Positions 50,293 to 62,403 of a stretch of 64,000 nt of DNA are shown piece after piece. This stretch comes from Chiloscyllium plagiosum (Eukaryota). Both the position numbers and the translations under genes were made by a program. The notes below the pieces were generated by a model. It did no database searches. It saw only the letters and a list, made by a program, of their open reading frames with translations, and was not told the origin of the DNA. Each line of letters opens with the position of its first letter. The stretch's first letter is position 1. The DNA lies in assembly GCF_004010195.1 (NCBI RefSeq), contig NC_057751.1, forward strand, positions 2,306,464 to 2,370,463, read 5' to 3'.

Positions 50293-51270
50293 GCAAATTG
50301 GTAATATAACTGGACAAGTAATCCAGAGGCGAAAGTGAGGAATGCAGGTGCTGGAGATTAGAGTCAAGATTAGAGTGGTGCTGGAAAAGCACAGCAGGTC
50401 AGGCAGCATCCGAGGAGCAGGAAAATCAACATTTTGGGCAAAATCCCTTCATCAGGGCCTGATGAAGGGCTTTTGCCTGAAACATCGATTTTTCTGCTCC
50501 TCGGATGCTGCTTGACCTGCTGTGCTTTTGCAACGCCACGCTAATCTTGACAAGTAGTCCAGAAGCTCATGTCAACGGGGAAATAATTTCCAATCCCACC
50601 CAGCTGCTGGAATTTCAGTTCATTTAGTAATCAAAGGCTGAGGGATGTCCGTGTCGAGGTTTAAACAAACATGAGGGCCATGGATAGGATCAACAGCCAA
50701 AATCTTTTTCCCGGGATAAGGAAGTCCAAAACTAGAGAGCATGTGTTTAAGGTGAGAGTGGAAAGATTGAAAAGGGACTTGACCTCCTTCTTCAAGCAGA
50801 GATGGTGCATGAATGGAGTGAGCTGCCAGAGGAGGTGGTGGAGGCAGGTCAGTTAGAATATTTAAAAGGCAAGAGCGATATGGGCCAAATGTAGGCAAAT
50901 AGGACAAGATCACTTTCAGATATCTGGTCGACATGGACGAGTTAGACCAAAGGGGCCATGTCCAAGCTGTATATTTCAATGACTTTGGAAGAAAAGTCTG
51001 GTATTGAAAGCATGTCTCAGTCATGGTCACCATGACAATAATCATGGATGTCATAAAAGCACAACTGGGTCACCAAATGTCCTTTCCGGAAAAAAAATGT
51101 CAGCGTTACGTGGTCTGGCCAACATGTGGCTCCAGGGACACAGCATTATTGTTTGTTATGAACTACTTTCTGAAATGGCTGAGCAGGATGTGTTATTCAA
51201 GGGCAAGTAAGGATAGGCAGCAAATGTTGTCCTCACCAGTGTTGTCCACATCTTGTGAAACGTTGGAAGA
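50293..51270 (+). mobile_element. tRNA-derived SINE interrupted by a PLE (50328) and a CR1 3' fragment (50630-50985)
   Basis: Segments align with the reverse complement of 8900-9255; the CR1 piece encodes RAMDRINSQNLFPG. Confidence 0.6.
50328..50548. mobile_element. PLE fold-back insertion, family A, copy 4
   Basis: TSD GACAAGTA(A/G)TCCAGA (50313-50327, 50549-50563); 35-nt tail; arms meet at CTTCATCAGG-G-CCTGATGAAG; core CTGATGA-A-GGGC-TTTT-GCCT-GAAAC-ATC. Confidence 0.85.
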
Positions 51271-51894
51271 AACTAAAATGTAAGTCTCATGAATGAGGAT
51301 AGTGAAACTATGAAATTTTCATAAAAAGCTGAATTCTTTCAAGAGAAAGAGTTCACTATCTATATTTGATCTGACTTTCACTTCACTCCAGACCCACAGG
51401 AATGCAGTTGCCTCTTAATTGGGAATGTCCGAATGACCCATTCAGTTGGAGCAAATGGAATAGCTCTCGAGGTGTACTTGCACGACATTGACTCCAATAG
51501 TCTCAAGGGCCATGAGGGTTTGGCAATAAATACTGAGCTTGCCAGCAACACTCTAATTCCCAGAATAAAGAAAGAAGAAACTCCCACAAAAGCGCATCCT
51601 TGGACTCGTCAACACAATGAGTTGGTGCTGCGGAGAATCATAGAATCTGACAGAAAGCATAGATTGAGGATAAAAGGGTCTTTCTCAGGGTGGCAGCCCG
51701 TGACAAGTGGTGTTCTGCAAGGCTCAGTGTTGGGACCACAACTTTTCACTTTATACATTAATGACTTAGATGAAGGGACTGAGGGCTTTCTGACAATGTT
51801 TTCAGATGATACAAAGATAGGTAGAGGGACAAGTAGGAGTGAGGATGTGGGGAAGCTGCAGAGGCATTTGGTCAGGCCAGGACAGTGGGCCAAG

Positions 51895-54800
51895 AAAAAG
51901 AAAATTACAGCACAGGAACAGGCCCTTCAGTCCTCCCAACCTGCACCAATCCAGATCCTCCATCTGAACCTATTGCCTATTTTTTAAGGATCTGTATCCC
52001 TCTGCTTCCTGCCTATTCATGTATTTGTGTAGATACATCTTAAATGACATTATCATGCCCGCCTCTACCACCCCTGCTGGCAACGCATTCAGAGCACCCA
52101 TCACCCTCTGCATAAAGAACTTTCTGTGCATATCTCCCTTAAACTTGTCCCCTCTCACCTTGAACTTGTGACCCCAAGTAGTTGAGTCCCCCACTCTGGG
52201 AAAAACCTTCTTGCTATACACCCTGTCTGTACCTGTCATGATTTTGTAGACCTCAATAACCTCCCCCCTCAACCTCCGTCTTTCTCATGAAAATAATCCT
52301 AATCTTCCGAACCTTAGTTCATAGCTAGCACCCTCCAGACTGGGCAACATCCTGGTGAACCTCCTCTGTACCGTTTCCAAAGCGTCCAACCTTTTGGTAA
52401 TGTGGCGACCAGAACTGTGTGCGATTTTCCAAATGTGGCCGAACAACTGTAACATGACCTGCTGATTCTTGTACTCAATACCCCAGACAATGAAGGGAAG
52501 CATGTCTTCTGCCTTCTTGATCACTCTAACCACTTGTATTACCACCTTCAGGGTACAATGGACCTGAATACCCAGATCTCTCTGGACATCAATTTTCCCC
52601 AGGACTTTTCCATTTACCGTATAGTTCGCTCTTGAATTGGATCTTCCAAAATGCATCACTTTGCATTTGCCCAGATTGAACTCCATCTGCCATTTTTCTG
52701 CCCAATTCTCCAATCTATCTATATTCTGCTGCATTCTCTGATAGTCCCCTTCACTGTCTGCTGCTCCACCAATCTTAGTGTCATCTGCAAAGTTGCTAAT
52801 CAGACCATCTGTACCTTTCTCCAGATCATTTATGTATATCACAAACAACAGTGGTCCCAACACGGATTCCTGTGGAATACCACTGGTCACAGTTCTCCAT
52901 TGTGAGAAACTTCCTTCCAGTACTAATCTGTCTCTGCTGCCCAGCCAATTCTCTATCCATCTAGGACACCCTGGACCCCATGCGATTTCACTTTCTCCAT
53001 CAGCCTACCATGGGGATCTTTATCAAATGTCTCACTGACGTCCATGTATATGACATATACAGTCCTTCCCTCATCAATCAACTTTCTCACTTCCTCAAAG
53101 AACTCTATTAATTTGGTAAGACATGACCTTCCCTGCACAAAATCATGTTGCCGATCACTGATAAGCCCATTTTCTTCCTTCAGTATCTTCTCCAGCAGCT
53201 TCCCTACGACTGAAATCAGGCTCACCATTCTACAATTACCTGGATTATCCATGCTACCCTTCTCAAACAAGGGGACAACATGAACAATTCTCCAGTCCTC
53301 TGGGACCTCACCTGTGTTCAAGGATGCTACAAAGGCATCTGTTAAGGCCCATTATTTCCTCTCTTACTTCCCTCAGTAACCTGGGATAGACCCCATCCGG
53401 ATGTGGAGACATGTCCGCCTTCATGCCTTTTAGAAAACTCAACACTTCCTCCCTGCTTATGCTGACTTGACCTTGAGTACTCAAAGATCTAACCCTAACC
53501 TCAACATCTGTCATGTTCCTCTCCTCGGTTAATACCGATGCAAAGTACTCATTAAGAATCTCACCCATTTTCTCTGACTCCATGCATAACTTTCCTCCTT
53601 TGCCCTTAAGTGGGCCAACCTTTTCTTGAGTTACCCTCTTGCTTCTTATATATGAATAAAAGACTTTTGGATTTTCCTTAATCCTGTTTGCTAAAGATAT
53701 TTCATGATACCTTTTAGCCTTCTTAATTCCTCATTTCAGATAGGTCCTATTTTCCCGATATATTTCCAAAGCTTCATCTGTTTTCAGTCACCTAGACTAT
53801 ATGCATGCTTCCTTTTTCCTCTCAGCTAGTCTCTCAATTTCACGTGACATACAGGGTTCCCTAATCTTGCCATTTCTATCCTTAATTTTCATAGGGACAT
53901 GTCTGTCTTGCACTCTTATCAACCTCTCTTTAAAAGTCTCCCACACATTAAATGTGGATTTACCTTCAAACAGCTGCTCCCAATCTACATTCCCCAGCTC
54001 CTGACAAATTTTGCTACCGTTGACCTTCTCCCAATTTAGCACTCTTCTTTTAGGACCACTCTTTTCTTTATTCATGAGTATTCTAAAACTTACGGAATTG
54101 TGATGACTATTCCCAAGAATCCCCCACTGAAACTTCACCCACCTGGCTGGGCTCATTCCCCAACACCAGGTGAAGTGTGGCCCCTTCCTGAGTTGGGCTA
54201 TTTACATACTGCTCTATAAAAACCTCCTGGATGCTCTTTACAAATTCTGCTCTATCTAGACCTCGAATATGAAGTGAATCCCAGTCAACGTTGGGAAAAT
54301 TAACATCTCCTATCACCATCATCCTGTTGCTCCTACTCCTTTCCGTAATCTGTTCACATATTTGTACCTCTATCTCATGCTTGCTATTGGGAGACCTGTG
54401 GTACAGCCCCAACATTGTTACTGCACCTTTCCTATTTCTGAGCTCTCCCCATATTGCCTCACTGCTCGAGTCCTCCATAGTGCCCTCCTTCAGCATAGCT
54501 GTGATATCCTGTCTGATCATTTATGCAACTCCTCCAACTCTTCTACCTCCCTCTCTATCCCACCTGAAGCGTCTATATCCTGGGATATTTAGTTGTCAAT
54601 CTTACCCTTCCCTCAACCAAATCTCAGGAATAACAATAACATCATACTCCCAGGAGAAAGTTAGGATTGCAGATGCTGGAGATCAGAGTCGAATAATGTG
54701 GCGCTGGAAAAGCACACAGCAGGTCAAGTAGCATCCGAGGAGCTGCATGACTGACTGTGCTTTTCCAGCACCACACTTTTTGACTCATACTCCCAGGTGC

Positions 54801-55113
54801 TAATCCAAGCCTTAAGTTCTTAGCTACTACACTTCTCGTATTAAAATAAATGCACCTCAGACCACCTGTTCCTTTGCATTCATGATCTGCTCCCTGCCTA
54901 CTCTTCCCCTTAGTCATGCTGACTTCATTATCTAGTTCCTTACAAGCTTTAGTTACTACCTCCCTACTGTCCACTAACATCCTCATTTGGTTGCCATTCC
55001 CCTGCCACATTAGTATTAACCCTTCTCAACAGTGGAAGCAAAAGCACCCCGAGGACATTGGTTCAGTCATGCGCAGATGTGACTGTCCAATTTGTAGTAG
55101 CCCCACCTCCCCT
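51895..55113 (-). mobile_element. CR1 LINE with near-complete ORF2 and end of ORF1
   Basis: CIYFNTRS, GDVNFPNVDW, HNSVSF, NFADD, HRKFFMQRV; possible CAAG duplication at 51891-51894 and 55114-55117. Confidence 0.93.
54655..54784. mobile_element. PLE fold-back insertion, family A, shortest copy (no ribozyme core retained)
   Basis: 13-bp TSD TCATACTCCCAGG (54642-54654, 54785-54797); 31-nt tail; short inverted arms GCTGGAAAAGCACA / TGTGCTTTTCCAGC. Confidence 0.82.
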
Positions 55114-57824
55114 CAAGTGGCAAATGGAGTACAACGTGGGAAAGTGTGAGGTCATGCACTTTGGTAGGAAGGATAGAAGCATGGATTATTTTCTAGATGG
55201 AGAGAAAATTCAGAAGTCTGAGGTGCAAAGAGACTTGGAAGTTCTCGTCCAGGATTCTGTCAAGGAAACTTGCAGGTTGAGTCAATAGTTAGGAAGGCAA
55301 ATGCAAAGTTGACATTTATTTTGAGAGGATTTGAATATAAGAGCAGGGATGTAATTCTGGGGCTCTATAAGGAATATTGTGTGCAGTTTTAGGCATCATT
55401 TCTCAGGAAGGATGTATTGGCCCTGGAGTGGGTTCAGAGGAGGTTCACTGGAATGGTCCCATAAATGAAAGGCTTAACATATAAGGAATGTTTGAGGACT
55501 CTGGGTTTATACTCGATGGAGTTTAGAAGGATGAGGTGAGGGCGGGAATCTAATTGAAACTTACAGAATTCTAAATGACTTGGACAACATGGATGTTGGG
55601 AAGATACTTCCACTGGTAGGAAAAACGAGGACCCGATGGCACAGCCTTTGAGTAAAGGGAAGACCTTTGAGAATGGAGATAAGGAGAAACTTTTTCAGCC
55701 AGAGATTGGGGAATCTATGGAATTCACTGCCACTGAAGGCTGTGGCGGCCAGGTCATTGAGTATATTTAAGACAAAGATATATAGGTTCTTGAGTATCGA
55801 GGGGATCAAGGATTACTGGGAGAATGCGGTTGAGGCACTTATCAGCCATGATTGAATGGCGGAGCATACCCGATGGGCTGAATGGCCTAATTTCTGCTCC
55901 TGTGTTGATAGTCTTATGATCAGTTAACCATTCTGAATTCTGTTGCTCTCATTCCTTGACATTTCAAGAAATAACAACTTTAATATTTTAACCAGTTGAA
56001 TCTGACTCTCTATATCCTCAGTAGCATAACTCCACTCATTCCCCTAACTCATGCATATTTCTTTTTCAATCTTTTTCACAAAGTTGTCACTGATCATCAT
56101 TCTAATCTGCACTTGTGTGAAGATATATTTTTGATTGTTGCCTTTAATTCGAATAAATACCCTGTATATATGTCTTTCTGCATCACTTTTCTAAACTAGG
56201 ATCCATCCTCTGAGGACTTCTAAGACTCTGAACAAGTTTTGGCAAATTTTTGAAGATCCAAGCAAGTTTTTAGCATTCAAAAGGAACCATTGCGTCTATC
56301 TCCAGTGAAAAACATCTTCATACCCATAAATCTTTGATCGCAAGAAAATCCCAAGCAAATCGATGCTGCACCTTTTCCTTTGCTGTCCTATGTTGTGTCA
56401 TTGGACTACCTCACCTTAAGATTGTCACTAATGCAGAGAACAAAGGAACACAGGCTAGTTCTGGATCATTTCTGTTTGATTTCAAGGCTTATTATTCGTT
56501 GACATTGTCATTGTATCCGTTTGTTGTGATAAAGCCAAGCTGTGGTAATCTAGATCTGAAGATAATAAGTCTGCATTAAGATTCATGTAGAATAGGATGA
56601 AGTGTTGGTGATTTAATTTTTAAACCCGGTAATGCTGAGCTGTCAATTTCTCCAGTTTTCCCGAAGTCAGTAATTTCTGACAGAATCATAACCATTTTTC
56701 AGATTATTTTCGCAAGTAAACGTTACTAAGTGAAAACTGTCACCATTTCAACAACATGAACATTGGTCAGCCATGAGGTGACAAGTATACCATTACAGAT
56801 GACACAAGAAGCACATAAAGAGCTGAGGTTATACCAGTTGCTTGAAAATCTTTTTCTGCTTTTGATTACCTTGCAAGAAGTAGCAAATACACTTCAGCTT
56901 ATGAAAGGAAAACTGCCGAAATTGGAACATGTTCTGAAGATGTTAAACAGAGCCCTGTTTGATTTATTGTTGATTTGATTTATTGTTGTCACATGTATTT
57001 AAGGACAGTGAAAAGTTTTGTTTTGTTAGCAGTACAGTCAGATCATAACAAGGACATAAAGACCGTAGGGTGTTGAGACAGAACGGAGTATGCAAGGTTA
57101 TGTCTGCACAGGAGGTGCAGCATTAGACTGAAATTAGAGAGGTCTGTTCAGCAATGTAATAACAGCAGGAATGAAGTTGTTCTTAAACCGATTTGTATGT
57201 GTGTTCATGCTTCTGTATCTTCTGCCTGACAGAAGTCGTTGGAAGAAAGTATGATCAAGTGGGAGGGGTCTTTGATGATGTTAGCAGCCTTACCGTGGCA
57301 ATGAGAAATATAGATGGAGTCCTTGATGGTCAGGATTGTGCACACAACTTTCTGGAGTTTCTTATGGTCCTGGGCAGAGGAGTTGTTGAACCAAACCGTT
57401 ATACACCCAGATAGAATGCTTTCTATGGTGAATTTATAAAAGTTGGTGAGAGTCCCAATGGACATGCCGAACTTCCGAAGAGGCGTTGTTGTGTCCTGTT
57501 GGCCATTGCATCTACGTGGGAGGTACAGGACAGATCACTTGTTATTGTCACTGCGAGGTACTTGACGCTCTCAACCCTGTCCACCTCAGCTCTGTTGACG
57601 CAGGTCAGGTCATGTCCTCCTCTTTTCTTCCTGAAGTCAATGATCAGTTCTTGTGTTTTGCTGACATTGAGAAAGAGGGGTTGTTATTATTGCACCACAA
57701 CACCAAGCACGCAATCTCCTTCCTGCATTCTGTCTCATCATTGTTTGATATCTGGCCTACAACGGAAGTGTTGTCAGCAAACTTGCAGTGGTGTTCATAC
57801 AAAATTTGGCTGCAGAGTTGTGGG

Positions 57825-58630
57825 TGTATGACGCAGTTGTTGAACCCATCTGTTAATTAAAACCAAACAGCCAGAAAAGCTCATCTCATAGTCTGTTAAA
57901 ATGTGAGTGATAGAGAACTCATAAATTACAGCAATATAAAGAATAGCAATTTCTTTTTCCTAACTCTGATGGTGAACATTAAGCAAAAACTATTCACAAA
58001 TCCAAGCCCCACCTTTTCTTAACTACTTACTATCTGGCCCCAACTCTATAAAAATAATATTGTTCCAATAACACCACTTACTAAAAATTACATTAACTTA
58101 ATCTCAAAACCACATAGTCTCTGGCTTCCTCACCGTCTTCAGTCTTCCGGCTGATGATCTCCCTGGGTCATCTTCTTTCTTTTTACTGTGAGTACATTGC
58201 ACATGAAAAGGTACCTTTGATAGAGAGTGTTTTCTAATTTTTTTGAGAGCAACTTTTTCAATGGGCAGTTAGCTCTTCGGCTCTACAGCAATTGCTTGCT
58301 GTTGGATAGCAGTTGCTCTCCTAATTTTCAAAATACCAAGTTTATGTACCCTCCAAAACATGTTCAATTCTTCTAATTTGATTGATTTCCAGGTGTCAAA
58401 ACAATAAAATTCAAATTCCATTGGCTTCTGGTATGCTGGGCTGTAACTTAAACTAATTGGTTAAATTCAAATTGTTATCAATACAACAACCAAACCTCAG
58501 CTATCTATTGAATAGCCATTTATTACATTTGGAACAGCCTAACCTTTAGCTGGCAGCTATGGCTGCACTTTAAATTGAGAAAAATGCTTTCTATCTGAAA
58601 GTGACTTTACATGCTTTCAACTTTGTAACA
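57825..58630 (-). mobile_element. Solo LTR
   Basis: TG...TGTAACA termini; interrupts the Rex1-like RT; shares motifs (TAATTGGTTAAATT) with the 62404 and 45408 LTRs. Confidence 0.6.
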
Positions 58631-59000
58631 GTAGAGGGCTGAGTACACATCCTTGCAGGGTACTGGTGTCGAGAGAATTATGGTGGAGGAGGTGCTGTTG
58701 TCTTTCTTCACTGCTTGAGGTCCGTGGGTCAGGAAGCTGAGGACCCAGTTGCAGAGGATGGATGCCGAGGTCTCAAGAGTTTTGAGATGAGCTTTTTGGG
58801 CATTATAGTTTTGAAGGTGGAGCTGTAGTTGATAAGGAGGAGCCTGACAGAAGTATCCTTGTTATCCAGATGTTCCAGGGATGAGTGTAGGGTGAGGAAA
58901 ATGGTATCCGCTGTGGACGTGTGTCGCCGGTCAGCAAATTGCAGGGAATGGAGGCAGGCTTGGAGGCATGTGGGACATGACTAACCTCCAGAAACACTTA

Positions 59001-62000
59001 AGAGTCACAGAGTCAGAGAGATATACAGCATGGAAACACACCCTTTAGACCAACCAGTCCATGCTGACCAGATATCCCAAACCAATCTAGTCCCATCTGC
59101 CGGCACCCGGCCCATATCCCTCCAAACTTTTCCTATTTATATACCCATCTAGATGACTTTTAAAGGTTGCAATTGTACTCGCCTCCAACACATCCTCTGG
59201 CAGCCCATTCCACACACACCACCTTCTGCGTGAAAACGTTGCCCCTTAGGCCTCTTTTACATCTTTCCCCTCTCACCCCAAACCTATGCCCTCAAGTTCC
59301 GGACTCTCCCACCCCAGGGAAAAGACCTTGTCTGTTTATCCTATCCATTGCATTTCATGATTTTATAAACCTCTATGAAGTTGCCCCTCAGCCGCCGATG
59401 CTCCAGGAAAAATAGTCTGAGCCTACTCAACCTCTCCTAGCAGCTCAAATCCTCCAACCTGGCAACATGCTTAAAAACATTTTCTGAACCCTTTCAAGTT
59501 TCATGACATCCTTCCGATAGGAAGGAGACCAGAATTCCAAAGTGGTCGAACCAATATCCTGTACAGCTGCAACATAATCTCCCAACTCATGTACTCAATA
59601 CTCTGACCAATAAAGGAAAGCATATCAAACGCCTTCTTCACTATCCTATCTACCTGCGATTCTACTTTCAAGGAGCTATGAACCTGCACTCTTTGTTCAG
59701 CAACACTCCTGAGGACCTTACCATGTCATGCTAAGATATGCTTTCCCAAAATGCAGCACCTCACATTTATCTGAATTAAACTCCATCTGCCACTCCTTGG
59801 CCCATTGGCCCATCTGATCAAGATCCCATTGTAATCCGAGGTAACTTCCTTCGCTGTCCACTACACCTCCAATTTTGGTGTCATCAGCAAACTTACTAAC
59901 CATACCTCTTATGCTCACATCCAAATCGTTTATATAAATGAAGAAAAGGAGTGGACCCATCATCAATCCTTGTGGCACTCCACTGGTCACAGGCCTCCAA
60001 TCTGAAAAAAGACACTCCACCAGCACCCTCTGTCTTCTACCTTTCAGCCAGTTCTGTATCCAAATGGCGAGTTCTCCCTACATTCCATGTGATCTAACCT
60101 TGCTAACCAGTCTTCCATGGGGAACCTTGTCGAACACCTTACTGAAGTCCAAATAGATCATTCTACACTTCTCTGCCCTCATCAGTCCTCTTTGTTACTT
60201 CTTCAAACAATTCATCAAGTTTGTGAGACATGACTTTCCACACACAAAGCCATGTTGACTATCCCTAATCAGTCCTTGCCTTTCCAAATACATATACATC
60301 CTGTCCCTCAGGATTCCCTCCAACAACCTGCCCACCACCGACATCAGGCTCACTGTTCTATTGTTCCCTGGCTTGTCCTTACCATCTTTCTTAAATAGTG
60401 ACGCCATGTTAGCCACCCTCCAGTCTTCTGGCACCTCACCTGTGATTATCGGTGATACAAATATCTCAGCAATGAGCCCAGCAATCACTTCCCTAGCTTC
60501 CCACAGAATTCTAGGGTATACCTGATCAGGTCCTGGGGATTTATCCACTTTTATGCATTTCAAGACATCCGGCATTTCTTCCTCTGCAATATGGATATTG
60601 TTCAAGATGTCACCATCTATTTCCCCACATTCTATATCTTCCATGTGCTTCTCCACAGTAAACACTGATGCAAAATACTCATTTAGTATCTCCCCCATCT
60701 CCTGCAGCTCCACACAAAGGCCGCCTTGCTGATCTTTGAAGGGCCCTATTCTCTCCCTAATTATTCTTTTGTCCTTATATTGTAAAAAACCTTTGGATTC
60801 TCCTTAATTCTATTTGCCAAAGCTATCTCATATCCCTTTTTTGCCTTCCTGATTTCCCTCTTTAGTGTACTCCGACTGCCTTTATATTCTTCTGAGGATG
60901 CACTTGATCTCTGCTGTCTACCTGACATATGCTTCCTTCTTTTTCTTAACCAAACCTTCAATTTCTCTCGTCATCCAGCATTCTCTACAACTGCCAGCCT
61001 TTCCTTTCACCCTAACAGGAATATACTGTATCTGGACTCTTGTTATTTTGTTTCTGAAGGCTTCCCATTTTCCAGCCGTCCCTTTACCTGCGAACATCTG
61101 CCCCCAATCAACTTTTGAAAGGTCTTGCCGAATACCGTCAAAACTGACCATTCTCCAACTTAGAACTTCAACTTTTAGATCTGGTCTATCTTTTTTCATC
61201 GCTATTTTAAAACTAATTGAATTGTGGTCACTGGCCCCAAAGTGCTCCCCCACTGACACCTCCGTCCCAAGCGTAGGTCAAGTTTTGCACCTTCTCTGGT
61301 AGGTGCATCGACATACTGAATCAGAACATTTTCTTGTACATGCTTAACAAATTCCTCTCCATCTAAACCTTTAATATTATGGCAGTCCCAATCTATGTTT
61401 GGAAAGTTAAAATCCCCTACCATAACCATCCTATTATTCTGACAGATAACTGAAATCTCCTTATAAATTTGTTTCTCAATTTCTCACTGACTATGAGGGA
61501 TCTATAATACAACCCCAATAAGGTGATCATCCCTTTCTTATTTCTCAGTTCCATCCAAATAACTTGCCTGTTTTTTTGGGAATATTCTCCCTCAGTATAG
61601 CTGTAATACTATCCCTTTTCAAAATGCCACTCCCCCTCCTCTCGTCTCCCTTACTGTCCTTCCTGTAGCATTTGTATCCTGAAACATTGAGCTGCCAGTC
61701 TTGTCCATCCCTGTAAATGCTCTGATATACCATTCCCATGTTCCTAACCATGCCCTGAGTTCATCTGCCTTCCCTGTTAGGCCCCTTGCATTGAAATAAA
61801 TGCAGTTTAATTTGTCAGTGCGACCTTGTTCTCTGCTTTGTTCCTGCCTGCCTTTATTGTTCTCTTCTTTTCTCAACTGTACCAGTCTCAGATTGATCTC
61901 TTTCTTCACTATCTCCCTGGGCTCCACCCGCAACCGTATTAGTTTAAATCGTCCCAAGCACCTTGAGGAAATCTCCCTGCTAGTGTATTAGTCCCCTTTC
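59001..62000 (-). mobile_element. CR1/HER1-type LINE, near-complete ORF2 plus ORF1 end
   Basis: CIYFNARGL, GDFNFPNIDW, SDHNSISF, KSPGPD, KFADD; same subfamily as 3513-5700. Confidence 0.95.
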
Positions 62001-62403
62001 AATCCCTATATCAATGTCAAAACAGTCCCATGGTCACCTCTAGTCAGTGTTATAATCCAGGACCAGAGCTCGGAAGAACATCTTTCCCTCCCCACCCCTT
62101 CGACAATCCTTGATTTGCACCACTATCCTCATGGCACCCATCCCCCCCCCCCTCCCCCGCCTCCCCACCCCTCCCCTGAACCCCCAGGTACCTTCATGAT
62201 TATGGAGGTCAGAGCTACCGGGCAGTCATTGGTGAGGCACACTGCATGTGGTTTCTTCGGTTTTGGGATGGTGGTGCTCTTCTTGAAGCAGGTGGGGACT
62301 TTAAATTGTAGCAGAGGCTAACAATGTCACTGAATACTTCTGTCATCTGGTCCACACAGGATCTGAGTGCACAGCCAGGCACTCTGTCTGGGCCAGTTGC
62401 TTT

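Larger units (their letters stand above)
51640..55920 (+). mobile_element. CR1 RT-3' end (51640-51894 + 55115-55920) split by an antisense CR1
   Basis: SGVLQGSVLGPQLF..MFSDD..GQWAK joins KWQMEYNVGKCEVMHFG across the insertion. Confidence 0.88.
56960..62403 (-). mobile_element. Rex1/Babar-type LINE in three pieces (56960-57824, 58631-58999, 62192-62403)
   Basis: LTNFYKFTIESILSGCITVWF and KATGPDRVPGCALRSCVDQMTEVFSDI are Rex1-like RT motifs. 3' end GTGACAACAATAAA(TCAAA)n. Pieces rejoin collinearly. Confidence 0.8.
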
